Source: Candidatus Binatia bacterium (GTDB taxonomy: Bacteria; Desulfobacterota; Binatia; UBA9968; JAJDTQ01). From it: DNA of 64,000 nt. Made by a program: the position numbers and the translations under genes. The stretch is from NCBI GenBank assembly GCA_022824205.1, contig JAJEAI010000171.1, forward strand, positions 1,193 to 65,192. The letters run 5' to 3'. Positions 29,876 to 39,703 of the stretch are shown piece after piece; position 1 is the stretch's first letter; each line of letters starts with the position of its first letter. Below the pieces are notes generated by a model. The model saw only the letters and a list, made by a program, of their open reading frames with translations. It did no database searches and was not told the origin of the DNA.

Positions 29876-30464
29876 TCACGCTCCGGACTGACGATTCACC
29901 TCGACCTCCACGTTCCGGATCCTTTCCATCAACGCATCGAACCGCGGTGCCTCGTCGCGAATGATGCTGGCGGTCCGCATCGCCTCGTAGTCCGATTCGA
30001 GAAGGACGAGTTGGTCTTCGTCGGGAACGAGCCTCAGCCGGCCGTCCAGGCAATGATTGTAGTTGGCGTAGGTGGCGTTGAAGAAAACCGTCTTATGACG
30101 GACGACATCCTCGAAGATAACGCGGTCGGTGAGGGCCGCTCGGCTGGCGTTGTGGTGGGCGAGGCACGCCAAGTCGAACCAGTGCCGAGATATCCGTTCC
30201 GGGTTCTGCGAAAGCCTGCGCCTGTGGCATTCGACATGGATGAGGGTGGCTGAAACGGTCGATGATTCCGTAGACCTTCGAAAGGGATGTGCCTCCCTTG
30301 AAGGCCATCGGGTGAAGATCCGGTATGGAGAAGAGTATCTGTAGAACCCAACAAATCCAGATGTCCTTCTCCAAGATGACCGCCGGCCGCCCTGACCGGA
30401 CGGCAATGGTCTCAAGGATGTCTCTCTGGTCTCGGGCATTCAACGAGAGGAAGGCTTCAGCCAT
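29876..30464 (-). pseudogene. AbiEii/AbiGii-family nucleotidyltransferase toxin, frameshifted
   Basis: N-terminal ORF (30093-30464): ...RPAVILEKDIWICWVLQILF...FKGGTSLSKVYGIIDRFS.... C-terminal part in another frame (29876-30439): ...HWFDLACLAHH.... Confidence 0.65.
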
Positions 30465-31065
30465 GGGCGGTGTCCTGGCCGGGGGCGTTGAGTGCCATCG
30501 CCATCCACGCGGGAACGTCGGCCGACCGTAGCTTCTCGAACTCCGCCGGGCTCATGGCAGACGCGATCGTGGCGACAGTCTCCGGTGTCACGTTGTCCTT
30601 GCCGAGATACCAGAGGGCGGAGAGTGCCAAGCCCGCCATCTCGCCGGCGAATTGAAGCCTCCGACTGTTCGACGTGTGGATCATCTTGACCGTGATGTTG
30701 CCGATGTGGATCGGGCGGCTGGACGCGCTGGTATGGAACACGGGCGCGCTAGGCACCTGGGTGCTGAGCCCGAACCGCCGCGCCGCTTCCGCGCCATGAA
30801 TTTGGACGGTTTCGCCATTGTGTTTGGCGATGGCTTGAACCACGTCGAAGACGCTGGGGACGACATTGCCAACGAAACGGTTCTTGCGCGGGCGAACGAA
30901 TACGCCCCGGGAGAGCCGCTCGAGTTCCCCCTCGTGGACGATTCGTGAAAGGGCACGGTCGACGGCTCCCCGCCGTCCGCAGTTGGCAAAGCGCGATGTT
31001 GTAAAGGGCTTGCCCGTGGGCAGGCTGCGTATACGGTTTCGAATGGCCTCCGCAGTGGACATCAT
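30457..31065 (-). CDS. AbiEi-family antitoxin / transcriptional regulator
   Basis: MMSTAEAIRNRIRSLPTGKPFTTSRFANCGRRGAVDRALSRIVHEGELERLSRGVFVRP is an AbiEi_4-like N-terminus. 8-bp overlap with the AbiEii start. Confidence 0.65.
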   Translation of the reverse strand: MMSTAEAIRNRIRSLPTGKPFTTSRFANCGRRGAVDRALSRIVHEGELERLSRGVFVRPRKNRFVGNVVPSVFDVVQAIAKHNGETVQIHGAEAARRFGLSTQVPSAPVFHTSASSRPIHIGNITVKMIHTSNSRRLQFAGEMAGLALSALWYLGKDNVTPETVATIASAMSPAEFEKLRSADVPAWMAMALNAPGQDTAHG

Positions 31066-31523
31066 AGGACTCCAGCTTGTCTTAAAATACAGTGGTTTTT
31101 CGGACAAATCAAGAGCCTCGGAGAGGGGTGCTGTGCAAGAGCCTGTGTCAGCAAGGGAGAGGGTACTCCAGTGGGTTGACCGAGGCGCACAACGGGTAAA
31201 CGCCAGGATCAGTCTCGATGATTTCGAGCCCCTCCCGAGTTCAATCAACCCCGTTCGTCGGTGATAAGTTCGTAGCTGGTACTGCGCCCGCGGAGATTAT
31301 GGGCACCATTCTCCGCAAACCTCCCTCATCAGGATGTTGTTGCACCAATTCTGGAGACTGCGGCGAAGGGCTGTCGATGTCCGGCCGCTGATTGGAAGTA
31401 CGGGTCCCATGGTCTGACTTTGCCCTAAGGAGAGTCATCGGAGAACATTTTTCAGAGATCTAAGCATATGTTAGGATTATTCATATTCAATAGCTAGTTT
31501 TGCAGGACTTAGGAGCAGTTCTC

Positions 31524-33086
31524 ATGTCCTCTAATAAATTTAGCAGCAGCACTCACCTCCCGAATCATTTTTCAGGCCCCATAACCGTTTTTCAGGAGCG
31601 CCGGCTGTCAGTGCCGGCTACCCCAGCCGGTTATGCCGCACTCATCGGAGCCTACGGTCTGCGGGTACCGGTGCCGCGTACCCTGAGCGCCACGGGGGAA
31701 CGGCACAGGATCATTGAAGAAGGCGGCTGGCGCATCTATTCGCCGCGTCATGCGCCGAAACCCAGCCTGGAGGGCCACCTGACCTTCGCCCTCAAGCACG
31801 AGGGGCTCGACCTCTTGGTCCTCAAGCGCCTGTTTGCCGCCACGGGTCCGGGACCCGTCGAGAATCTGGTCAGGGTTAAGCCGACGGGCGCCTACGCTCG
31901 ACGCGTTTGGTTTCTCTACGAGTGGCTGACCGGACACCGGCTTGACTTGCCCGACGCCGAACGCGGGGCGTACGCTTCGGTCGTCGATCCGGGCCGCCAG
32001 TATGCCGCCCGCCCCGAGACCTCCAGGCGGCATCGGGTCAAGAACAACCTGCCGGGTACGCCGGCATTCTGTCCGCTGGTGTTTCGCACCGAAACCCTGG
32101 AACGTTTTGCGGCCATGGAGTTGCAGGCGCGGGCGCGGGAGGTCGTGGACGCGGTCCCGAAAGACCTGTTGGCGCGTACCGCGGCGTTTCTGCTGCTGAA
32201 GGATTCCAGGTCCAGCTTCGCCATTGAAGGCGAGCATCCGCCCCAGGACCGTATTCAGCGGTGGGGCCGGGCCGTAGGCGAGGCCGGACGCCGGCCGATC
32301 GATCTTGACGAGCTGTTGCGCCTGCAACGCATCGTCATCGGCGATGCCCGCTTTGTACAGCTCGGACTGCGCACGGAAGGCGGCTTTGTCGGTCAACGGG
32401 ATCGCGAGTCGGGGGCGCCGATCCCCGACCATGTCAGTGCTCGATCCGAGGATCTGGCTAGCCTCGTCGAAGGGCTGATCGCGTTCGACCAAGGGGCCGC
32501 GCAACAGCTCGATCCCGTCGTGGCCGCGTCGGTCATCGGCTTCGGTTTTGTCTACATGCATCCGTTTGAGGACGGCAACGGCCGCATCCACCGTTACCTG
32601 ATCCACCACGCCCTCGCCCGGCGCGGGTTCAACCCGCCCGGCGTGGTGTTCCCGGTATCGGCGGCCGTGCTGGAACGGATCGACGACTATCGCGCCGCAC
32701 TCGAAGACTATTCGCAGCGGTTGCTTCCCGTGGTGGACTGGGAACCCACCGGGAACGGCAATGTACGGGTGCTCAACGATACCGGTGATTGTTACCGTTT
32801 CTTCGACGCCACGCCACAGACCGAGTTTCTATACGGGTGCGTGCAGCAGACAGTCGAGCGGGATCTGCCGGAGGAAGCTGCCTTCCTGAAACGCCATGAG
32901 GGGTTTCGTACGGCATTGAGTCTGCTGGTCGACATGCCCGAAAGGGTGTCCGACCTCCTGTTCCGCTGCCTCCACCAGAATGGAGGGAGGTTGTCCCGCC
33001 GCCGCAGGGAACGGGAATTCGCCGCGCTGACCGATAATGAAGTGGAGCGCATCGAAGCGGCCTATCGCGAGAATTTCCAAGCCTGA
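31524..33086 (+). CDS. Fic-family protein (AMPylator-type, HPFxxGNGR motif)
   Basis: ...YMHPFEDGNGRIHRYLIHHAL...; AT-rich promoter and SD aggagcag. Confidence 0.85.
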   Translation: MSSNKFSSSTHLPNHFSGPITVFQERRLSVPATPAGYAALIGAYGLRVPVPRTLSATGERHRIIEEGGWRIYSPRHAPKPSLEGHLTFALKHEGLDLLVLKRLFAATGPGPVENLVRVKPTGAYARRVWFLYEWLTGHRLDLPDAERGAYASVVDPGRQYAARPETSRRHRVKNNLPGTPAFCPLVFRTETLERFAAMELQARAREVVDAVPKDLLARTAAFLLLKDSRSSFAIEGEHPPQDRIQRWGRAVGEAGRRPIDLDELLRLQRIVIGDARFVQLGLRTEGGFVGQRDRESGAPIPDHVSARSEDLASLVEGLIAFDQGAAQQLDPVVAASVIGFGFVYMHPFEDGNGRIHRYLIHHALARRGFNPPGVVFPVSAAVLERIDDYRAALEDYSQRLLPVVDWEPTGNGNVRVLNDTGDCYRFFDATPQTEFLYGCVQQTVERDLPEEAAFLKRHEGFRTALSLLVDMPERVSDLLFRCLHQNGGRLSRRRREREFAALTDNEVERIEAAYRENFQA

Positions 33087-33134
33087 GGCGAGGGCCGGTC
33101 TGTGCTGAGCCGGGTATCCTTCGCCATGTGGCGT

Positions 33135-34175
33135 TCACCCCACCACCGCCCCGAACCCCATCCCGCTCACAACCGCGCCCACGACGGCGAACCCCACGTA
33201 GGCGGCGAACACCTGCCAGCGTACCAGCGACCACACGGCGACCATGGCCGGGACGCAGGTCATGGCGCCGGAGACCATGAAGGCCAGGGCGGCGCCCGCG
33301 CTCATGCCCTGTTCCATGAGGCCGGCGACGAGGGCGGGTGCGGCATAGCCGTTGAGGTAGGCGGGCGTACCCACCAGGGCGCCGATCACGATGGGGCCGG
33401 CACCGGGTCCGCCCACCAGGCTCGCGATGAACGCGGCGGGCACGTAGGTGACGAGCAGGGCCTGGATCAGGTAGGCGAACGCCAGCCACTTGACCAGGAA
33501 GTGCGCGTTCTGCAGCGTTTCGGAACGGAAGGTGGCCGCCCGCACCGGCTCACGCCAGAATCGCCAGACGATCTCGCCCGTCCCGAGGGTGCCGCCACAG
33601 GTGCCGCACCCGCCGGCCGCGTCTTCGCGCAGAGGGGCGGCGAACGCATGGCGCCGGACGAGGAGACGCACGCCGAAACCGCCGAAAAGCCCGATGGCGA
33701 CGGCCGCGGCCGCCTTCCCGAATGCGAAGTCCCAGCCGAGGGCGGCGGCGGTAATCAGCGCGGCGGGAGGGTCGATGACGGGGGAGGACAGCCAGAAGGC
33801 CATGATGGCGGAGAGCGGCGCGCCGATCGCCAGCAGCGCCGCGATGAAGGGGATGACCTCACAGGAGCAGAAGGGGGCGAGCCCGCCGACAAGCGCCGCC
33901 AAGAAGATCATGCGCGTCTCGCGGCCCTCGAAGGCGCGCGCCACGAGGGCCGTGGTTCCCGTCGCCTTGAGATACGCGATGAGCAGGACCGCCACGACGA
34001 TGAAGGGCAGCGTTCCCGCGAATGCCACCGACGCGATGCGCAGGATGTCCGGCAGGCTGGTGGTGTCGAGCGCCGCTACGGCGAGCGGGATCGCCAGCAT
34101 GAGCCCCCAGGCCGACGCCATGCCCCGGAACCCCACGCGCAGCCCGTTGAATCCGTTCACGACCAGTTCCGTCAA
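33135..34175 (-). CDS. Predicted permease (DUF318/ArsP-like, CxxC-containing)
   Basis: About 8 TM helices with a central ...GGCGTCGGTLG.... Confidence 0.7.
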   Translation of the reverse strand: MTELVVNGFNGLRVGFRGMASAWGLMLAIPLAVAALDTTSLPDILRIASVAFAGTLPFIVVAVLLIAYLKATGTTALVARAFEGRETRMIFLAALVGGLAPFCSCEVIPFIAALLAIGAPLSAIMAFWLSSPVIDPPAALITAAALGWDFAFGKAAAAVAIGLFGGFGVRLLVRRHAFAAPLREDAAGGCGTCGGTLGTGEIVWRFWREPVRAATFRSETLQNAHFLVKWLAFAYLIQALLVTYVPAAFIASLVGGPGAGPIVIGALVGTPAYLNGYAAPALVAGLMEQGMSAGAALAFMVSGAMTCVPAMVAVWSLVRWQVFAAYVGFAVVGAVVSGMGFGAVVG

Positions 34176-34235
34176 TGCGGTTTCCTCGTGAAAGCACCGT
34201 GCATGGCATTGCCTTGGCGCAACTGTAGTGGCGCG

Positions 34236-34523
34236 CTATGCGGCAGCGATCCGTTTGACCTTGAGGGTCCGCTCCAAGTGGCGGGACCTCGCAAGGTCGA
34301 AGGCCAACTGCATGCCTAGCCATGTCTCGGGAGTGGAACCGAATGCCTTGGATAAGCGATAGGCCATGTCGATCGAGATGGACGCTTTCTCATTGACCAA
34401 GTTGGATAGCGTCTGGCGCCCGACCCCGAGCCACCTTGCGCCATCGGTGACCGACAGTCCCAGAGGCTTCAAGCAGTCTTCGCGCACGATGGCGCCGGGA
34501 TGTACGCGGTTTTTCATCGTCAT
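34236..34523 (-). CDS. higA: HigA-family antitoxin (XRE HTH), orphan
   Basis: ...VHPGAIVREDCLKPLGLSVTDGARWLGVGRQTLSNLVNEKASISIDMAYRLSKAFG.... No HigB-sized ORF fits in the 120-nt upstream gap. Confidence 0.8.
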   Translation of the reverse strand: MTMKNRVHPGAIVREDCLKPLGLSVTDGARWLGVGRQTLSNLVNEKASISIDMAYRLSKAFGSTPETWLGMQLAFDLARSRHLERTLKVKRIAAA

Positions 34524-34643
34524 TGAGAGCCTCCGAATGGTAGTCCAGTTAATCGACGTCCACGGCGTGCCCGCCAGCCCGAAGTCGCCGCCCTTGGCGA
34601 GGGAGGGGAAGACGGCGTTGAACCCTGCTTCGTTGCCCGTCCC

Positions 34644-37600
34644 TCAATGTCGCAGCCTCTGGTCGATTTCCGCTTCGTCGTCTTGCCGTAGCGCCTCCCG
34701 GTCGTAGTCGGCCGCGATATTCTCCAGCATACTCCCCACGTAGGGGTAGTGAGGGCTCCGCTGTCTGGCCCAGCTTCGATACTCCTTCGCAAGGTCGCGT
34801 TCCTGCTCCCCTCCCTCCCCGATGGCGCGCGAGACCACGCCGCGTCCATTGTGGATGCCGATGCTGAATCCTGAACCGATATCCGGGGATCCAATCTGTT
34901 CCATCGCTTCGCATACTGCAAGACAAGGCTTGATGCCGTCGTTATCGGCCGGAGCCCTCGACAAAATCTGACCGATATAGTGATCTCCGATTTTCACGCG
35001 GCCATACTCCGCGCATAGTCGCCGCGCCTCGGCTATCCACTGAGACAACACCTCCACATCAATGTCGCCTCCTTCCCCGATACCCGGAACAAGGCTGATC
35101 CGTTCAAGAAGCCCATAAGCGGCGGCAGTCAGTGCGGCCCTTTTCTCGGTGTCTTCGGTTTGCCATTCAGGAGGATCCTGTCCTCCGTCGTCACGTTTGA
35201 ATACAAGTGCCAGGACTTGAACAAAGCCAAAAGGAGATTCGGAGAGCCACTGCTCTAGGTTGGGAATCCCGTGCTCACTGTATTCCAACGTTTGGATATA
35301 CATAAATTCCAATCGTACCATCTCGTCTCGGCTGACGTCGCCGCGGCCGTTGAGTTCGCTCAATGCCTCTGAGATATAGTGACTCTCAAGCCTATATTGG
35401 TCCGCGGATTCAGTGCCTGCGGTGCCGGCATCGAAGAGCAGACGTTTCAGCCGCAACGACTCGATTTTGGACAACTCCAGGTGCGCAACGTGGAATGCAG
35501 CACGGGGACGTTTCACGTCCAGTAGGCGATCGATGAGCTCAATCAGTTCCGCCTCGTCGTAACGGTTCCATTCCGGGACGACCGCCCGCCAATAGTGATC
35601 TTGGACCTCCGCGTCGTACCGGTCGAGCAGGCGCCACGTGCGTCGCCCTAACGGAGCGCAACGGTATAGTCGGGCGATCTGAGCGGTGTCAGCGTCCACG
35701 GCGTCAGCCGTAAGGAGAGTGCCGCGCGCGTCGTCGCTGGCGGACCAGAGAAACCCCCGAATGCATAACTCGGCCTTCTCCCGCAGATGGTCGGTGACAG
35801 AAAGGCACTGCCTCAGAAAATCAACTCGCGCATCTTCCTCTGGGATGCAGGATTCCAACCCTGCCCCAACGACACCGGGGGCGCCGGTATCCGACAGTAA
35901 CGCGGTGACGCCCTCGAATCCGCGTGCGGTCCATATCTCCTTCATCGCAGCAGTGCGGAGCCTGCGCGTTGTCTCCGCGTCCTTCTCGTAGTCGCGTTCT
36001 TCGTCCTCGATTTCGTCGGAGGAAGGCTCAATCCAGGAATTCGTGAACAGCCAAGCATGCCGGACCACCGGATCCCGTGGTTCCAGCCGATCGTATGCCA
36101 CGCGCGCCCGGTCTACCGCCGTACCTTGCAGGCCGTGCCGACGACCGCGTCGGGTAAACGCGAGCCGGCGAAGCCGCTCTCGAAGATCGGCTTTGGCCCT
36201 GTCGTCCGTTTCCGAGTCCGCCCATGTATCGATCAAGTCCCAAACCGTGTTCTGGCCTTCGTCGGGCAATTCCTGAATTCGCTCCAGGAGATCTCCAAGC
36301 GTCCGTTGGTCATGCTTCGGCCATTCGAGGGCGAGCGCGAGTGCCTTGCGCCTGAACTCATGGAATTGTCCCGCCGTTACGTTAGCGCTCGGCGAGTCGT
36401 CCCGCCAGCGCGGACGGTAGCTGGGCAGCGCCATTTGGGGGCCGGTATCCAACTGTGCGACACAAACTTGCCAGCCGATATCCGGAAACCGCTTCGTCAA
36501 CGTCTTAAGGGCCGCTACCCGTTCCGCGAGCGAAGCGGATGTCTGCGGTAACCACGACCGGTAGAGCGCGGCAAGGCTGGCAGAGGGTTTGTTTGCCCAG
36601 TTGTCGGTGATCGTGATTGTCGACAGCCGCGCGAGTATCAAGCTCACGCGCCCGAGATGATTCCAGGCGAGACAGTCCAAGGCCCACAATAGTCCCGTTC
36701 GCAGGCATCGACCGAAAGGGCCGCTTTCGGCGGGCTTGAGCAGGCCGAAGACGGTTGGCTCCGGCTCTCGCAAATCGGTTTCGATCAGCTTCAGAAACGT
36801 GTCCGGAGCGGCCTCGGCATAGTTTGGAAGATCGTCCTGGTGCGAAAGCAGCTTGTCAATTGTCAGCGGCGTGAGCAGCCGTTGGATGATAGAGGAAACC
36901 CGAGCGTCGAGATCGACACCCAGCCGGTTCCGGAACAGCGTGTCGCCGTGGACCGAGAGGAGCACCAGCGTTTCGCGGATGCCCACTCGCAGTGCGGTGG
37001 AGTGATCGCGTACCTTGCCATGCACGTTGGCGAGCCATCTCTCGTCTTCCGGCAATTCCAGCGCGGGATCGGTTTCCGAAAGCACTCGTTCCGCTACTGA
37101 GAACAAATTGTCGAGATCCGATTCGGTCACGAATCTGGCAATCCCGAACAGGGAGTCGATCCGTGAGACCACTCCCCGATATTCCCCTGTCGACCATAGG
37201 GGTGAGTCTTCGAGAGCCAACAACTCCATGACGCCGGATTCCATGTCGTTGGCGTCGCCCCCCCAGCCGAGTCGCCGGACAATTTCGCAGTCGGCTGGAG
37301 AGGTCTTACGCCAAGCACCAACCAGCGCCGCCGGCAGCAACTTCCGCGCCGTCTGAGCGTCCTCCGCCCAGGCAGGGCTACGGACCGCCGGGCTCGTGGA
37401 TAGCCGTCGGCGCAGGACGGTCGGTGATCGACCCGATTCCCGGGCGAGCAGGTCAATCTTGTCATTGGGTAGTTCCATCGATTCCAGGGCGTCCGAGAAG
37501 TCTTTCCAACCCGGAAGCCCGAGCCTGATGTCGGAATTGGCGTTTACATCGTTACCGGGCCGGACAATGACGCAGTGACAACGCCGGTGGAGATCCCCGA

Positions 37601-38720
37601 TATGCGTTTCGACTTGGTCGTTGTGAACGATTGCCATGCGCGGGGCGGCATTCGATTCATGAAACCGTCGCACGGCTTCAGGTGTGTCGAACACGAGCGC
37701 GCCGGTGCCCGGCTCGTCTGTTTCAGACTTGGCCTCGCCGACAAGACAACACAGGAAAGCAAGCGCCTCATCGCGAGAGTCGGCAGCCACGATGAAAGGT
37801 CGCATCGGCGGTTCGCCCAGCCAACGCCGGAACTCGGCAGAGAAATCCCGGGTCGCTGCATTAAACAGAGCAGGTGAAAGCACCGGGTCGCAGATTTCGG
37901 CCCAATCGGACCAGCATCGTTCGAGCGAGCGATAGCCACTATCGTAGTTGTCGAGACGTTCAGCGAACCAGATTTGCACCGGCGCAGACTGCTCAAGCCA
38001 TTGCTCCAGATCATCCGCATCATGGGCGTGAACATCCTTCCAGTCACCGAGGGCCGCCTTTTCGTCCCGCCATGTTTCTTTCCCCGGCCAGTTGCGCGGT
38101 GTCACGAAGACGAACGTCATGTCGCGACGTTCCTGTGGTGGAACCGACTTCACACGAGCGTCGTAGTCGTGCTGCGCCTTGCGTTTGGGGTCTTGGTTGC
38201 AACCGAACTCCCAGCCGGACTTGCCTTCCGGTATCCATGGCGTCGGCGTCTTGGCCTGTACGACACCGTCCCATCCACGCCGTTCGGCATTGCCGAAGGC
38301 GGGGAAGTCGACATGGGTGAGGTCGCGCCCGGTGGAGTGAATCAGCCGCCGCAGCAGCGCTGGAAGTTCTTGCCGCGCATTGATCTGGTTCGCCCAGCGG
38401 TCTATTTCCCCGGCCCTGACTGAGGCGAGATCCGGCGCGTGCCGCCCAGCGACCACTGGTCGCCGCATCGCATCCCCCTGGCGGTCGTATCGTGTCTGGA
38501 AGTCCAGCAGAGCCTCGCGGTCCGCTCCGAAGGCACGCTCCAATCGCAACGCCATCTCCTGTGACAGCGCGGCTTTGCCGTTCAGGAAGTTAGACAACGC
38601 CGGTCGTCCTATCCCAAGCAATGTGGCGGCCTTGGTGACCGTCATGCCCTCCGGGATCACATGTCGCCTGACATATACGCCGGGATGGATCGGCCTCTGT
38701 TTTGCCCCATGTGGGATCAT
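34644..38720 (-). CDS. Large (1358 aa) protein with N-terminal HigA-type XRE HTH domain; remainder uncharacterised
   Basis: N-terminus ...IHPGVYVRRHVIPEGMTVTKAATLLGIGRPALSNFLNGKAALSQEMALRLERAFG.... No P-loop, nuclease or peptidase motifs found by eye. Confidence 0.7.
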   Translation of the reverse strand: MIPHGAKQRPIHPGVYVRRHVIPEGMTVTKAATLLGIGRPALSNFLNGKAALSQEMALRLERAFGADREALLDFQTRYDRQGDAMRRPVVAGRHAPDLASVRAGEIDRWANQINARQELPALLRRLIHSTGRDLTHVDFPAFGNAERRGWDGVVQAKTPTPWIPEGKSGWEFGCNQDPKRKAQHDYDARVKSVPPQERRDMTFVFVTPRNWPGKETWRDEKAALGDWKDVHAHDADDLEQWLEQSAPVQIWFAERLDNYDSGYRSLERCWSDWAEICDPVLSPALFNAATRDFSAEFRRWLGEPPMRPFIVAADSRDEALAFLCCLVGEAKSETDEPGTGALVFDTPEAVRRFHESNAAPRMAIVHNDQVETHIGDLHRRCHCVIVRPGNDVNANSDIRLGLPGWKDFSDALESMELPNDKIDLLARESGRSPTVLRRRLSTSPAVRSPAWAEDAQTARKLLPAALVGAWRKTSPADCEIVRRLGWGGDANDMESGVMELLALEDSPLWSTGEYRGVVSRIDSLFGIARFVTESDLDNLFSVAERVLSETDPALELPEDERWLANVHGKVRDHSTALRVGIRETLVLLSVHGDTLFRNRLGVDLDARVSSIIQRLLTPLTIDKLLSHQDDLPNYAEAAPDTFLKLIETDLREPEPTVFGLLKPAESGPFGRCLRTGLLWALDCLAWNHLGRVSLILARLSTITITDNWANKPSASLAALYRSWLPQTSASLAERVAALKTLTKRFPDIGWQVCVAQLDTGPQMALPSYRPRWRDDSPSANVTAGQFHEFRRKALALALEWPKHDQRTLGDLLERIQELPDEGQNTVWDLIDTWADSETDDRAKADLRERLRRLAFTRRGRRHGLQGTAVDRARVAYDRLEPRDPVVRHAWLFTNSWIEPSSDEIEDEERDYEKDAETTRRLRTAAMKEIWTARGFEGVTALLSDTGAPGVVGAGLESCIPEEDARVDFLRQCLSVTDHLREKAELCIRGFLWSASDDARGTLLTADAVDADTAQIARLYRCAPLGRRTWRLLDRYDAEVQDHYWRAVVPEWNRYDEAELIELIDRLLDVKRPRAAFHVAHLELSKIESLRLKRLLFDAGTAGTESADQYRLESHYISEALSELNGRGDVSRDEMVRLEFMYIQTLEYSEHGIPNLEQWLSESPFGFVQVLALVFKRDDGGQDPPEWQTEDTEKRAALTAAAYGLLERISLVPGIGEGGDIDVEVLSQWIAEARRLCAEYGRVKIGDHYIGQILSRAPADNDGIKPCLAVCEAMEQIGSPDIGSGFSIGIHNGRGVVSRAIGEGGEQERDLAKEYRSWARQRSPHYPYVGSMLENIAADYDREALRQDDEAEIDQRLRH

Positions 38721-38889
38721 GGCTCAGACTCCTTGCAAACCGTGTGTTCACGGGTTATTGTACTCCGCAACGCTACACAATACAACACTCAACGCTAACC
38801 CTGTACTAAAGAGACTGTCAGCCAGTGTATTGTCGGCGAGCAAGACTGAGTTGGAGGGAACCGTTCAAGCGAAGGAGGAGCGGAAAAAC

Positions 38890-39201
38890 ATGAGGGTTGT
38901 CATCGATTGCAACGTCCTGGTTTCGGCAGCTCGGTCTGGAGGAGTTTGTGGCAAGATCATTGTCGAGGCGATACGTGACCATGAGGTCGTCATTGCCAAG
39001 CCCATTGTAGAGGAATACGACGCGATTGCCGGTCGACTCGCGGTCTTCGGTCTCAATGACCCCGATGATGAAGTCTATCTGGCAACCGCGGTGGCTGGCG
39101 GCGCTGTTCTCATCACCGGCAACAGGCGGGATTTCGTGAAACCGCGGTACGGGCCGGTCGAGATCATCTCTCCTCGTGCATTTCTGGAGCGACCGGAATG
39201 A
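38890..39201 (+). CDS. PIN-domain protein (putative TA toxin), no adjacent antitoxin
   Basis: MRVVIDCNVLVSAARSGG..., 103 aa. Confidence 0.7.
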   Translation: MRVVIDCNVLVSAARSGGVCGKIIVEAIRDHEVVIAKPIVEEYDAIAGRLAVFGLNDPDDEVYLATAVAGGAVLITGNRRDFVKPRYGPVEIISPRAFLERPE

Positions 39202-39268
39202 GAAATGACAATGTGCAACAGGCTGAGATCTGGCGCGTCAGGTCCCGTGAGCAATCAACCTGACTGCG

Positions 39269-39598
39269 TTACGAGCCTCCCTTGCTACGCCGAGGCGCTA
39301 GACCGCCTTCCCGCCTACCGCCCCGTTCCCTACGAAGCCGGGTGATGTCGGCGATAACGTCTTCCATGATCTCGTCCTCGGAGCGACCGGCGTCCTCGGG
39401 CGAGAGTTCAATTCGGGTGAGAATGGAAGCAACTTGGTCGGCGGCCGCGTTACGGTCCACCACTTCCTTGGGACGAAAAAGGATGCCGTCTCCAACCACG
39501 GTTGCCTCCAAGAGGTCGCCCTCATGCAGATCGAGCCCTCTGCGCAGTTTGGCCGGAATGGTGACTTGGAACTTCGGCTTCACGGTGACTAGAGACAT
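39269..39598 (-). CDS. AbrB/MazE/SpoVT-family DNA-binding protein (antitoxin-like), convergent with the PIN gene
   Basis: MSLVTVKPKFQVTIPAKLRRGLDLHEGDLLE.... Confidence 0.65.
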   Translation of the reverse strand: MSLVTVKPKFQVTIPAKLRRGLDLHEGDLLEATVVGDGILFRPKEVVDRNAAADQVASILTRIELSPEDAGRSEDEIMEDVIADITRLRRERGGRREGGLAPRRSKGGS

Positions 39599-39703
39599 GG
39601 TAAGCCTCGCGTAGGAAAGTAGTAAAGTTGTCCTATCACGGGGTGCGTATATACGCAATATCGGACCGCCCGACACGTGGTCACGGCTCGCCCTCTGACT
39701 TGG

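Noticed and set aside
34524-34643. Search for a HigB toxin upstream of the stand-alone HigA
   Set aside because: Only 120 nt separate it from the stop of the 1358-aa gene. No ORF of HigB size (≥85 aa) fits in any frame.
35000-35100. Possible P-loop (EGKSG) in the giant HTH protein
   Set aside because: Does not satisfy G-x4-GK[ST] spacing. No Walker B follows.
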